DNA of 61,646 bases, counting the filler. It is 5 parts of 5 records of this genome, joined end to end, with 100 filler letters (N's around TTAATTAATTAA, not from the genome) between each part and the next. Parts side by side here need not be neighbours in the genome. Positions count along the whole stretch, not along the records: positions 1 to 19,281 come from SRR31156797_5383; positions 19,382 to 30,873 come from SRR31156797_5385; 3 more parts are not named here. The stretch is one strand, 5' to 3'. This document shows, piece after piece, positions 19,194-28,181 of the stretch. Position 1 is the stretch's first letter. The number at the start of each line of letters is the position of its first letter. The notes under the pieces were generated by a model. It saw only the letters and a list, made by a program, of their open reading frames with translations, was not told the DNA's origin and made no database searches. Made by a program: the position numbers and the translations under genes.

Positions 19194-19281
19194 GTAATTC
19201 GTAACTTGTAATTCGTAACTTGTAATTCGTAACTCGTAATTCTAAACTCGTAATTCTAAACTCGTAACTCTAAACTCGTAA
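19194..19281. repeat. Heptamer tandem array, about 12.5 units, running to the contig end
   Basis: GTAATTC/GTAACTT/GTAACTC/TAAACTC units with a 14-bp alternation. Confidence 0.95.
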
Positions 19282-19381
19282 NNNNNNNNNNNNNNNNNNN
19301 NNNNNNNNNNNNNNNNNNNNNNNNNTTAATTAATTAANNNNNNNNNNNNNNNNNNNNNNNNNNNNNNNNNNNNNNNNNNNN
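19282..19381. other. Artificial contig spacer
   Basis: N-run, TTAATTAATTAA (stop in all six frames), N-run. Confidence 0.99.
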
Positions 19382-19637
19382 AAGTCAGGGGCAGCCAGGG
19401 CTTCCACTGACATTTTGAGTGACTGCTGACTTTCAGTTTGGAACAATTTTTCAGGCGCGCGCCGTCAGGCCGGTAATGCAGGTGATCCTGTAAGTGTTTT
19501 TCGCTTTCTGCAAGAGAATTTTCTTTTGTCACTTCTCTGATAAACTTGATACCCGAAATGACTGAATAGGCTGGGATAGTCTCTTTTGCGTAAAGCCCCA
19601 GCCCTTTTTGGTCAGTCTGCAAAACATTGAATTTCAA
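19382..19637 (-). pseudogene. SET-domain-like N-terminal fragment, truncated or disrupted
   Basis: KGLGLYAKETIP resembles the SET N-terminal motif; purine-rich SD before TTG; no NHSC motif before the contig end. Confidence 0.4.
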
Positions 19638-19859
19638 AGTTTTTTACCTTCCTTCCTGGGCTACAATAGGTGGAAAATTTTCCATCTATTGCCTTTATAG
19701 CATGGAAAAAAGTCCATATATTCCCATATTGAAAAATAAAACATGGAAAATTGGGCATTGGATTTTCCACCTATTGCAGGATGATGTTGATAACCTGGAA
19801 AATTCATAAAATTCCGACCGGACCCTGAATTTCACCCCATATGGACAGGGTCTTGGAAA

Positions 19860-19970
19860 TCAGACGTTATGTTCGGCGCCACAGGGGTTAAGGGTAAGAA
19901 ATTTCGCTCCCAACAGGGAAAAGGGCGTCTGCCGTGAGGCGGACAGACAGGTTTTGAGGGGATGCTCCAT
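19860..19970 (-). CDS. Candidate 36-aa small protein, absent from the ORF track
   Basis: MEHPLKTCLSASRQTPFSLLGAKFLTLNPCGAEHNV; GGAGGT SD; TTGACT-N16-TACTAT promoter at 20030-20057. Confidence 0.35.
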   Translation of the reverse strand: MEHPLKTCLSASRQTPFSLLGAKFLTLNPCGAEHNV

Positions 19971-20148
19971 GGGGAAACCTCCGGCCGATAAGACAGGGTT
20001 TTAATGATGGAACAGCTATTTGTTAGGGGATAGTATTGAAACGGGCAAAAAAGTCAAGGACAATCGCTTAGGGAATGGGGAATAAGAAGCGACTTCAAGG
20101 AAAGAGGTTCGCCAGGCACCGGAAAAAAAGGAGGATGGTATCATTCAT

Positions 20149-20182
20149 TGTTCCATGCGCCTCATTCGAGGCACTTGGAACA
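20149..20182. terminator. Hairpin downstream of the PfpI gene
   Basis: TGTTCCA..GCCTC-ATTC-GAGGC..TGGAACA. Confidence 0.45.
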
Positions 20183-20195
20183 AAAGCACATTGAT

Positions 20196-20729
20196 TTATG
20201 ACCCGGACACCTTGATAAAGGCCCTCATGAAGGCGGGAAGATCATCCGGGGTCCTGCTGGTGATCAGATTGCCGTCCACGACCACCTCCTCGTCCACCCA
20301 GTTTGCCCCCGCATGAACCAGATCGTCTTTGATGGCGAAATAGGACGTCACCGTACGGCCTTCCAGCACCTCGGCCGAAGCGAGCATCCACCCGGCATGA
20401 CAGATGGCCGCCACCGCTTTACCGGCGCCAAAGATGTCCTTGACCAGCTTGATCATGGCCGGATAACGCCTCATGTGATCGGGCGCGTATCCGCCGGGGA
20501 TGATGATGCCGTCAAATTCCGACGCTGAAACCTGATCGGCGCCCACATCCGGCTTGGCCACGGTTCCGGATTTCCCCTTGTAGGCATCCGCACTCCCGGA
20601 GCCCACCACGACCACCTGGGCGCCTGCCTCCTTGAGGCGGTAATAGGGATACCAGAATTCATGGTCATTAAAAATTTCTTCCACCAGAATAATGAATTTT
20701 TTGCCTTCCAGTTCCATGGTTGACTCCAT
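20196..20729 (-). CDS. PfpI/DJ-1 family protease/deglycase
   Basis: Conserved Glu in DHE, IIPGG, AICHAG nucleophile elbow and TSRTPDDL. Confidence 0.93.
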   Translation of the reverse strand: MESTMELEGKKFIILVEEIFNDHEFWYPYYRLKEAGAQVVVVGSGSADAYKGKSGTVAKPDVGADQVSASEFDGIIIPGGYAPDHMRRYPAMIKLVKDIFGAGKAVAAICHAGWMLASAEVLEGRTVTSYFAIKDDLVHAGANWVDEEVVVDGNLITSRTPDDLPAFMRAFIKVSGS

Positions 20730-20748
20730 TTTTGGATTTTCTTACTGT

Positions 20749-21495
20749 TTACGATCCCCCAAAGACCTTCTTCAACAGTTCCGTGGCCCTTGCCCCCGGA
20801 TTCTGACGAATCTTCTTTTCTTCCTGCCCCAGCATATAAAAAAGGCCGTTTAAGGCCCCATCGGTGACATATCCGTCCAGATCCGGCACCGTCCCTTTGG
20901 CAAAGGGGAGGTCCTCGATGGGTTTGCTCAATGCCTGATACCTCCGGGTGACACCCACTTCACCCATGGCCTTGTGAATGATGGGGCGAAAGACCTCCTC
21001 AAGTCGGCCGGAGCTTTTCTCTTTGAGATATTGGGTCGCGGCCATATCTCCGCCATCCAGGATTTTACGGGCATCCGTAAAAGACATCTCTTTAATGCTG
21101 TCCCAGAAAATGGCCTTTGCCTTGGGTGCGGCCACTTCGGCGGCACGGTTCATGCTTTTGTCAAATGCGTCAAGCTGGGGGCCGTAACCCAGAACCCTGA
21201 GCATCCCTTGCACTTTCTCAACGGAACCGGGAAGGGGTATTTTGATTTCAGGATTTTGTGAATACCCGCCCTCTTTGCCCACCAATTTTACGGCATTGTC
21301 CGTTCCGATTTCCAGGGCTTCCTTCAAGCCGTCCACAATCTCTCCCGTGGAAAGGCCGTCACCCCGGCCCGCAGCCTTCGTCAAGGTGTCCAGAAGCTCG
21401 CCCCATTTTGCATGGACCGGTTGAAAACCCGCAAAAACCAGCAGGAGTGAACAAATCACCCAAAAAAACCGGGTTCCTTTCAAAATGGTCATCAA
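20749..21495 (-). CDS. DUF4197 family exported protein
   Basis: GLKEAL, SMNRAAE, ATQYL and EEKKIRQNP motifs. Confidence 0.88.
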   Translation of the reverse strand: MMTILKGTRFFWVICSLLLVFAGFQPVHAKWGELLDTLTKAAGRGDGLSTGEIVDGLKEALEIGTDNAVKLVGKEGGYSQNPEIKIPLPGSVEKVQGMLRVLGYGPQLDAFDKSMNRAAEVAAPKAKAIFWDSIKEMSFTDARKILDGGDMAATQYLKEKSSGRLEEVFRPIIHKAMGEVGVTRRYQALSKPIEDLPFAKGTVPDLDGYVTDGALNGLFYMLGQEEKKIRQNPGARATELLKKVFGGS

Positions 21496-21513
21496 AAGCT
21501 CCTTTGTCCCGAA

Positions 21514-22992
21514 CTAACCGTTGTTCTTTGCCGCAAGGGCCTGTTTCAGTTTATCGCCCAGGGAACCCATTCCTTCGCTTTTGCCCGGGACAAATCGGCG
21601 CCATTCACCTTCATCCCGGGCATCCCCGGGACCCACGGAAATTTTCCGTTCACTGATGTTGACATTTTCAATGACCACGGGTATGGCATCCCCCGGCCTT
21701 GATTTTTCAATGTTACCCGGTTTGGCCGAATCCCGAATCCTGCTCTTGGGCAAGAGCGCTGAAATACCCGGTTCCAGAGAAACAAATATCCCGAATTTTT
21801 CGTGCTTTTCAACAACGCCTTCAACGGCCTGCCCCACCTTATACTTCTGCCCCACCACCGCCCAGGGATCACCTTCCACATCCCGCATGCTCAGGGAAAT
21901 CCGCTTTCGGGATTTGTCGATCTCCTTAATGGTCACCCGGATACCGTCACCGGGCGCCACCACGTCTTCGCATTTCAAAATGCGCTTCCGATAACTCATT
22001 TCGCTGATGTGAACAAGCCCCTCAATACCCGCCTCAATCTCCACAAAAGCCCCGAATTGCGCGCAACGGGTCACCTTTCCATCCACCACATCACCCTCTT
22101 TAAACCGCTCCGAGACCGTATCCCAGGGGTCGTCAACGGTCTGTTTGATGGAAAGGGAGATCTTCATCTGATCCGACTTTTCAGCGGGCGCCATCCCGAT
22201 CACCTTAACCGTCACCGAATCGCCCACGGAAAGCACGTCGGAAGGGTTTTCCACGCGGGACCACCCCAGTTCGGAGATATGAATCAACCCTTCCACCCCC
22301 GGGATGAGTTCCACAAAAGCGCCAAAGGGCATGAGCTTGGTCACCCTGCCCGCCATCTCCATCCCCACAACAAGGTCTTCGTAAAAACCTTTCCGAGCCT
22401 TTTCAACGGCCTTGTTCAACAGCTTTCGTCTCGAAACCACAATGTTGCGGCCGTCTTCTTCAAAATCCGTGATAAGGAATTCAAAGCTTTCCCCCACGTA
22501 ATCTTCCGGTTTTTCAACATAACGGATGTCCATCTGGCTGATGGGGCAAAAGGCCCTCTTCTGCCCCAATAATACATCAAAACCGCCTTTGTTCAGGGCA
22601 TTTACCTTACCTTCCACCGGAATGGACCCCTCATAGGCATCCTGCAGAAGCTCGAAACCGCCACCGCCTGTAACGGCCTTTGAAAGGCGGATCTCACCCC
22701 CTCCGACGGATACGGCGTAAAGCTCCAGAATATCCCCCACCTCGCAGGATAGCCGGCCCTCTTCATCCAGCAGTTCACCCTTTTCCACAACACCGTCAAT
22801 GCGCGTTCCGGTATCCACGAATACAGAGTCCCTGCCGATGGATATAATTTCCCCCCTGATTTTATCCCCGACCCGAATGTCCTCATTTGTTGTATTGTCA
22901 TATGCCTCAAACAGATCGGCAAAACTCTCTTCCGTCGATTGCGTATCAGCCGTTTCCTTTGCAATCTCTTCCTGGATATCATCCGGCATCAT
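21514..22992 (-). CDS. rpsA: 30S ribosomal protein S1 paralogue (short form)
   Basis: About five S1 domains (FGAFVE..GVEGLIHISE); C-terminal GSLGDKLKQAL; start near 22989-22992. Confidence 0.85.
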   Translation of the reverse strand: MMPDDIQEEIAKETADTQSTEESFADLFEAYDNTTNEDIRVGDKIRGEIISIGRDSVFVDTGTRIDGVVEKGELLDEEGRLSCEVGDILELYAVSVGGGEIRLSKAVTGGGGFELLQDAYEGSIPVEGKVNALNKGGFDVLLGQKRAFCPISQMDIRYVEKPEDYVGESFEFLITDFEEDGRNIVVSRRKLLNKAVEKARKGFYEDLVVGMEMAGRVTKLMPFGAFVELIPGVEGLIHISELGWSRVENPSDVLSVGDSVTVKVIGMAPAEKSDQMKISLSIKQTVDDPWDTVSERFKEGDVVDGKVTRCAQFGAFVEIEAGIEGLVHISEMSYRKRILKCEDVVAPGDGIRVTIKEIDKSRKRISLSMRDVEGDPWAVVGQKYKVGQAVEGVVEKHEKFGIFVSLEPGISALLPKSRIRDSAKPGNIEKSRPGDAIPVVIENVNISERKISVGPGDARDEGEWRRFVPGKSEGMGSLGDKLKQALAAKNNG

Positions 22993-23132
22993 TATCCTAT
23001 ATCTCCCAACAGAAACCTGTAATTTCCGGTTGTACCAAAACAAGGCCACGTTCAAAGATCACGCCGTGAACCTTCCCAACCGCTCTCGTCTCTCTTTATC
23101 AAAGTTTTATGGCATTTTCAACAGAACCGGTT

Positions 23133-23723
23133 TTAAAATTTTTCAATAACCTTCCCCCTTTCCACAAATGATGCCATTGTCTCACAGGCACCGCGCAAGG
23201 CGGAAACGGCCCCCTTCAGTTTTTCGCTGAGGATATCCTCCTCTCCCAGCGCTTTCTCGACCTTTTCGGAAATTTCCTCCCCCTGCTCAAGATACTTTCC
23301 GATCTCAAGCATAATCTTCTTTCTTTTTTCATGTTTTTTTCGCTCTTCCTCAATAACCGGCAGAAGCCTTGCGATGGAGTATTCCACCAGGGCATCCCTC
23401 GGGGTATTAAAATCCTTTGAAACCGCCTCCAGGCTGCAAAGTGTCCTTCGGCTCAAGACAAAGGTTTTCTGAACCCGTTCCAACCTCAAAAATCGCTTGG
23501 ATTCGATTTCACGGGCAACCACGGCCAGTAATTCAACGTCATCAATCAGATGATCAAAAAGGGACTTCTGCTTAATCCCCATATGGGCGGCTGCTATGCT
23601 GATGGCCTCAATGGCCTTTCCGCTAAGTTTGAAGGTTGCCCGCACCGATTGCCTGCCCCTCAGATCGGACAGAGACGGCGCCACTATAACTTGTTCCGGT
23701 CTCAAGTGTTTTTGCTCTACCAT
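23133..23723 (-). CDS. Hypothetical protein with two RHH-like repeats and a coiled coil
   Basis: RATFKLS+helix+helix and QKTFVLS+helix+helix; GAGGTGAG SD before ATG 23723. Confidence 0.65.
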   Translation of the reverse strand: MVEQKHLRPEQVIVAPSLSDLRGRQSVRATFKLSGKAIEAISIAAAHMGIKQKSLFDHLIDDVELLAVVAREIESKRFLRLERVQKTFVLSRRTLCSLEAVSKDFNTPRDALVEYSIARLLPVIEEERKKHEKRKKIMLEIGKYLEQGEEISEKVEKALGEEDILSEKLKGAVSALRGACETMASFVERGKVIEKF

Positions 23724-23797
23724 GGTTCTCACCTCAAAATTTCAAGCATTTCAAAAGGGTCATTCCATTACTCATATACCAAAAATATTATTGATAA

Positions 23798-23812
23798 TGC
23801 AATATTATTGCA
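23798..23812. promoter_or_regulatory. Perfect 7-1-7 palindrome, candidate operator
   Basis: TGCAATA-T-TATTGCA between divergent genes. Confidence 0.55.
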
Positions 23813-23923
23813 CATTACATTGTTGATTTTTTTGGAATGCTGTTTATTTTTTATTTCAATGAAGCGAACAAATTGTCTTTAAGAGATCCAAAGACCAAGA
23901 TAATAATGACAGGAGGTAACAAA

Positions 23924-24367
23924 ATGCACCTTGTAAAATTTTCACCTTTTAGAAATTCCGTTGATTTTCCCCATCGTCTAAATACAATTTTTGATCATCC
24001 CTTCTTTAATCCCGATGGATCAGAGAATGCATCACAAATATCCAATTGGAATCCGTGCGTGGACATTTTTGAGAACGATGAAGCGCTCGTCATCAAAGCC
24101 GAGATTCCCGGGGTCGACAAAAAAGATATTACGGTAGACTTTCAGGGGGGCCTTCTCGTCCTCAAGGGAGAACGGAACAGAGAAGAAGAAACAAAAGAGG
24201 AGAACTACTATCGAAAAGAGAGGACTTTCGGAAAATTTCAGCGAACATTTAAACTCCCGGAAGATATCGATCCGGAAAAAATCAAAGCTGATTTCAAGGA
24301 TGGTGTCTTAAAAATCGACATTCCCAAACCGGAAAAACGGCAACCCAGGCAGATCACGGTTCATTAA
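23924..24367 (+). CDS. Hsp20/alpha-crystallin small heat-shock protein
   Basis: PCVDIFE, EIPGV, ERTFGKFQRTF and DGVLKIDIPK motifs; AGGAGG SD at 23911. Confidence 0.95.
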   Translation: MHLVKFSPFRNSVDFPHRLNTIFDHPFFNPDGSENASQISNWNPCVDIFENDEALVIKAEIPGVDKKDITVDFQGGLLVLKGERNREEETKEENYYRKERTFGKFQRTFKLPEDIDPEKIKADFKDGVLKIDIPKPEKRQPRQITVH

Positions 24368-24386
24368 ACCCCCAAGCCCTCGAGTC

Positions 24387-24411
24387 GGGGCGGCTCAAAG
24401 GGAGCCGCCCC
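24387..24411. terminator. GC-rich hairpin between convergent genes
   Basis: GGGGCGGCTC-AAAGG-GAGCCGCCCC. Confidence 0.7.
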
Positions 24412-24442
24412 TTAATTGCACCGCGGGGTTGAGACGCACCGC

Positions 24443-25678
24443 TTACATAACATCCTTGTCGCTCTCTTCTATGGCACGGTCGATCTCGGCCTGAAGTTGA
24501 GGCGGAAGCCCCGGAATATCAACGCTTAAGAAACCGCGTACAATGGTGGAAGTGGCTTCCTCCTCGTTAAGGCCACGGCTCATGAGGTAAGAGATTTCCT
24601 CCTGGGCGATTTTGCCCACTGCCGCCTCATGACTCATTTCCACACCATCCACATGTCCTTCCAATTCCGGAATGGCGTGAATCACACCCCCATTGAGGAG
24701 TAACCCTTTGCATTCCAGGTGGGCCTTGATATCGGGCACTTCACCCACCAGGTGTCCCCTTGCGAGAATCTTCCCCCCATTACTGATGGTCCGGGCAACG
24801 ATTTCCGCCCGGTTTCCTTTATTTTCAAGAAAAATCCGACCGCCCAGATCGTATTCGGAACCCGGACTCCCCACCACGATGCTGTAAAAACGTGCCACGG
24901 CATCTTCACCCACCAAGTGCGTTGTGGGATACATCTGTATGCTTCGAACCGGCTTCATGGAAATATAGTTGTTGATGAAAAGGCCTCCTTCTTCCACCCT
25001 TGCCACGGACCGGGGCCGAACCGTCACGTCTTCGGCCCAGTTGTGAATCATGGTGAAGGTCAATTTGGCGTTTTTCTTTACAAAAAACTCCGATATCCCC
25101 ACATGGAGACCCCGTTTTAGATGTGGCGACGTGGCACATCCTGATATGATGTGAAGTTCGGAATCTTCTTCCGCAACAATGATATTGTGCACATTCTGCT
25201 GCATGCCGTCCTTATGCATATAAAGGCAGGCCTGAATGGGATAGACCGATTTGCTTCCCGGTAAAGATCGGATCACATACCCGTCGTGCAGCCCCAGCTG
25301 GGCGGCCGCCGTATATTTGTCCGCGCCCACGTCCGCCAGCTTCCAGTAATAGTCGCGAACCCAATCATGTTCCGCCAGCGCTTTTTGAATGGAAAGCACT
25401 TCAATACCTTCCTGGGAACTGTGACAATGAACGGCACTGGTGTTCATCTGTAGAAAAGTCCCGCCCCTTTCCTTTTCCGTTACATCCAGCCCCGCCCCGA
25501 GGAGCCGTTCCTGCTCTTCCTTGGGCAGATTGCGAAGATCATCATCCGCCATTTGGGAATGGGGCGACGGCGTTGCATCAAATGCACTGAGATCCACATC
25601 CGGCCCCATGGCGCCCTTCTTGTCGATTGCCGCTTTTGCTTTTAACTCAAACTGGTCAAATTGTTCGTTGATATGCAT
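24443..25678 (-). CDS. sufB: SufB/SufD family Fe-S scaffold of a minimal SufBC (SmsB-type) system
   Basis: HLECKGLL, AIPEL, SHEAAVG and YLMSRGL motifs; SD before ATG 25678. Confidence 0.88.
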   Translation of the reverse strand: MHINEQFDQFELKAKAAIDKKGAMGPDVDLSAFDATPSPHSQMADDDLRNLPKEEQERLLGAGLDVTEKERGGTFLQMNTSAVHCHSSQEGIEVLSIQKALAEHDWVRDYYWKLADVGADKYTAAAQLGLHDGYVIRSLPGSKSVYPIQACLYMHKDGMQQNVHNIIVAEEDSELHIISGCATSPHLKRGLHVGISEFFVKKNAKLTFTMIHNWAEDVTVRPRSVARVEEGGLFINNYISMKPVRSIQMYPTTHLVGEDAVARFYSIVVGSPGSEYDLGGRIFLENKGNRAEIVARTISNGGKILARGHLVGEVPDIKAHLECKGLLLNGGVIHAIPELEGHVDGVEMSHEAAVGKIAQEEISYLMSRGLNEEEATSTIVRGFLSVDIPGLPPQLQAEIDRAIEESDKDVM

Positions 25679-26421
25679 CTTACGCACTCCTCATACCCGG
25701 TGTCGCCCACGCAATTCAGAATTTCCCTGGGGTTGCTCACACAACTGAGCTTCCCGTTGTATAGCACCTGTCCTTTATCGGCCGAGACATAATCCAGGAT
25801 AAATCCCGTATGGGTAATGATCAAACCCATTTTGCGCCTGTCGGCCTTGGCCTGCATTTTCGACCGACCCTTGGAGGGATGAAGATGCTTCTCCAGAAGT
25901 TCGGCAATGGTATTGCCCACAAGGGTGATGTTTTCCATATCAACCCCCGATTCAGGCTCGTCAAAGAGCATCAGATCCGGTTTTTGGGCCATCAGCTGCA
26001 GCAATTCGGACCGTTTGATTTCACCACCCGAGAAACCGGCGTTCACATCCCGTTCCAGAAAGTTCTCAAAATTGACACGCCTGGCCAGGGTCCCTTCATC
26101 AATTTCCCCGCCGGCACACAAATTCACCATCTGTCGGGTTTTGAGGCCGTTGATGGTGGGCGGCCGCTGGTAACTCATACCGATCCCCAGTTTTGCCCGC
26201 TCGTCAATGGGCGCATGGGTAATATCTTCCCCCTTGAACATAATTTTTCCGGAAACCACCTCGTACTGGGGGTATCCCATAATGGTCATCAACAACGATG
26301 TCTTACCGGATCCGTTTGGACCAAAAAGAATATGGGTTTCACCCGGGTTGATTTCGAGATCAATGTGTTTCAAAATCTCCTTGTCCCCCAGTTTGACCTG
26401 CAAATCCTCTATCTTGAGCAT
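25642..26421 (-). CDS. sufC: SufC-like ABC ATPase (SmsC-type)
   Basis: GPNGSGKT, GFSGGEIKR and DEPESGVD motifs; C-terminal CxxC (ECVRC). Confidence 0.88.
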   Translation of the reverse strand: MLKIEDLQVKLGDKEILKHIDLEINPGETHILFGPNGSGKTSLLMTIMGYPQYEVVSGKIMFKGEDITHAPIDERAKLGIGMSYQRPPTINGLKTRQMVNLCAGGEIDEGTLARRVNFENFLERDVNAGFSGGEIKRSELLQLMAQKPDLMLFDEPESGVDMENITLVGNTIAELLEKHLHPSKGRSKMQAKADRRKMGLIITHTGFILDYVSADKGQVLYNGKLSCVSNPREILNCVGDTGYEECVRCISTNNLTSLS

Positions 26422-26996
26422 CTTATATCTCCTTTTTCCAGCCTTCCCTTTTCGATGCCGCTTTCATATTCACAAATGGAAGGCATATGATTATTGGAAT
26501 ACTTATAACAACTGTCATGCCCTTTCGCAAGGCGGCAACATACGATCCGGAAAAGCCCATGGTGGATGCGTGCCGGCAAACAACAATTTGCTGAAAAACA
26601 GATCGGGAACCCTGCATCAAAAGAATCCTCCACTTTTTTCGCTTTCTTGTTGCACATTCACAAATAAGTTGTTATTTCAGGAGGAAAAGAAATTTAAAGG
26701 AAAAATGAAAGCCATATTGCCTTAATTTATGAGAAAATGAAGTTTTGCTGTTTTGTTTTGAGGACACAAAACCCTTCAGGCCATCTCAAATTTGCCCATC
26801 ATCCCAACGCGAAATTCATCGAGTTGAATCCGAATGTGCAGATGTAACGCAAGGCGCAATCCGTGCCCCGAGGGATGATTTCAGGGAACGGTTCCAGGGA
26901 ACAAACCGGATCTTTACATGGCTTATATTATTTCCTGTTTTACGATAGCTCGTGATGGTTTTCCCAGAACCCTCTCTCTTGAAAGGATGTACCAAA

Positions 26997-28013
26997 ATGA
27001 AATTTCAAAATGTATCCATCATCGGCCTGGCCCATGTGGATGCACCCCAACGCGTCACTTCGGCTGAACTTGAAACACAGCTCGCCCCCATTTTAAAGCG
27101 GATTCATGCACGAACGGACATTATCCAATCCCTTACCGGAATCAAGGCAAGACGATTCTGGGAACCGGGGCAGCCGCCCAGCGAAGCGGCCACCATGGCC
27201 GCCAGGAAGGCCATTTCCAACGCCGGCATTGACAAATCACAACTGGGGATTCTTTTGAACACCTCCGTCTGCCGGGATTTTATTGAGCCCTCGGTCGCAT
27301 GCCTGGTACACGGGAATCTGGGGCTCAGCCCCGAATGCATGAATTTTGATGTGGGCAATGCGTGCCTGGCCTTTCTAAACGGCATGGAAATCATCGGCAA
27401 TATGATCGAACGCGGCCAGGTGGATTACGGCATTGTGGTGGATGGGGAAGGAAGCCGTTTTGTGGTGGAAGCCACCATTCAAAGACTTCTGGCCTCAGAC
27501 TGTGATGAAAAGACCTTTCGGGACAATTTTGCCACCTTCACCCTGGGTTCGGGCGGGGCTGCCATGGTTCTGGCGAGATCTGATCTGGCACCTGAAGGCC
27601 ATCGATTGCTCGGCGGCGTCAGTCTGGCAGCCACCGAACACAAAGACCTCTGCCGAGGACAACTGGACAGCATGCAGACCGATGCCAGCGCCCTTCTGGT
27701 GGCAGGTCTTCAATTGGCCGGTGCCACATTCAATAAGGCCAAAAACGAATTGGGGTGGGAGCCCGAGAAACTGGATCAGTTCATCCTTCACCAGGTGAGC
27801 GCCGTCCACACGGCCAAACTGATCCAACTGCTGAATCTGGATGACGGGAAGGTTTTTAAAACATTTCCCGAATACGGCAATGTGGGACCTGCCGCCATCC
27901 CCATTACCCTCTCCAAGGCCCTTGAAGCGGACTGCATCCACCCAAACGACCGGGTCGCCCTCATGGGCATCGGTAGCGGCTTGAACTGCACCATGATGGA
28001 AGTCCGGTGGTAA
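26997..28013 (+). CDS. oleA: OleA thiolase-fold acyl-CoA condensing enzyme
   Basis: EPSVA (catalytic Glu), NACLAF (Cys), LHQVS, GNVGPA and GIGSGLN motifs; ATG 26997. Confidence 0.9.
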   Translation: MKFQNVSIIGLAHVDAPQRVTSAELETQLAPILKRIHARTDIIQSLTGIKARRFWEPGQPPSEAATMAARKAISNAGIDKSQLGILLNTSVCRDFIEPSVACLVHGNLGLSPECMNFDVGNACLAFLNGMEIIGNMIERGQVDYGIVVDGEGSRFVVEATIQRLLASDCDEKTFRDNFATFTLGSGGAAMVLARSDLAPEGHRLLGGVSLAATEHKDLCRGQLDSMQTDASALLVAGLQLAGATFNKAKNELGWEPEKLDQFILHQVSAVHTAKLIQLLNLDDGKVFKTFPEYGNVGPAAIPITLSKALEADCIHPNDRVALMGIGSGLNCTMMEVRW

Positions 28014-28153
28014 GACCTTTGCAAAACGTCCCCTTTTGCCCAATCTCGGCGTCAGCTTCTAATTTCAATCCTCGAAATATTGAATATATTCCTGTGGTTG
28101 AAATTTTCATTCTCCTTGATCCCGGACAAAATTGAACATTTTTCAAAGGTCTC
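28012..28153. mobile_element. About 142-bp MITE-like element
   Basis: Terminal inverted repeats AAGACCTTTGCAAAACGTCC and GAGACCTTTGAAAAATGTTC (16/20 match); internal AATTTCAA...TTGAAATT hairpin; no ORF. Confidence 0.75.
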
Positions 28154-28181
28154 TTGATGGAAACTGTTATTTCTGAAAACC

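Noticed and set aside
19194-19281. Possible CRISPR array
   Set aside because: Contiguous 7-nt units with no unique spacers, and no cas genes in the window.
24443-26421. Two-gene suf cluster as a novelty
   Set aside because: Minimal SufBC (SMS) systems are already known in anaerobes.
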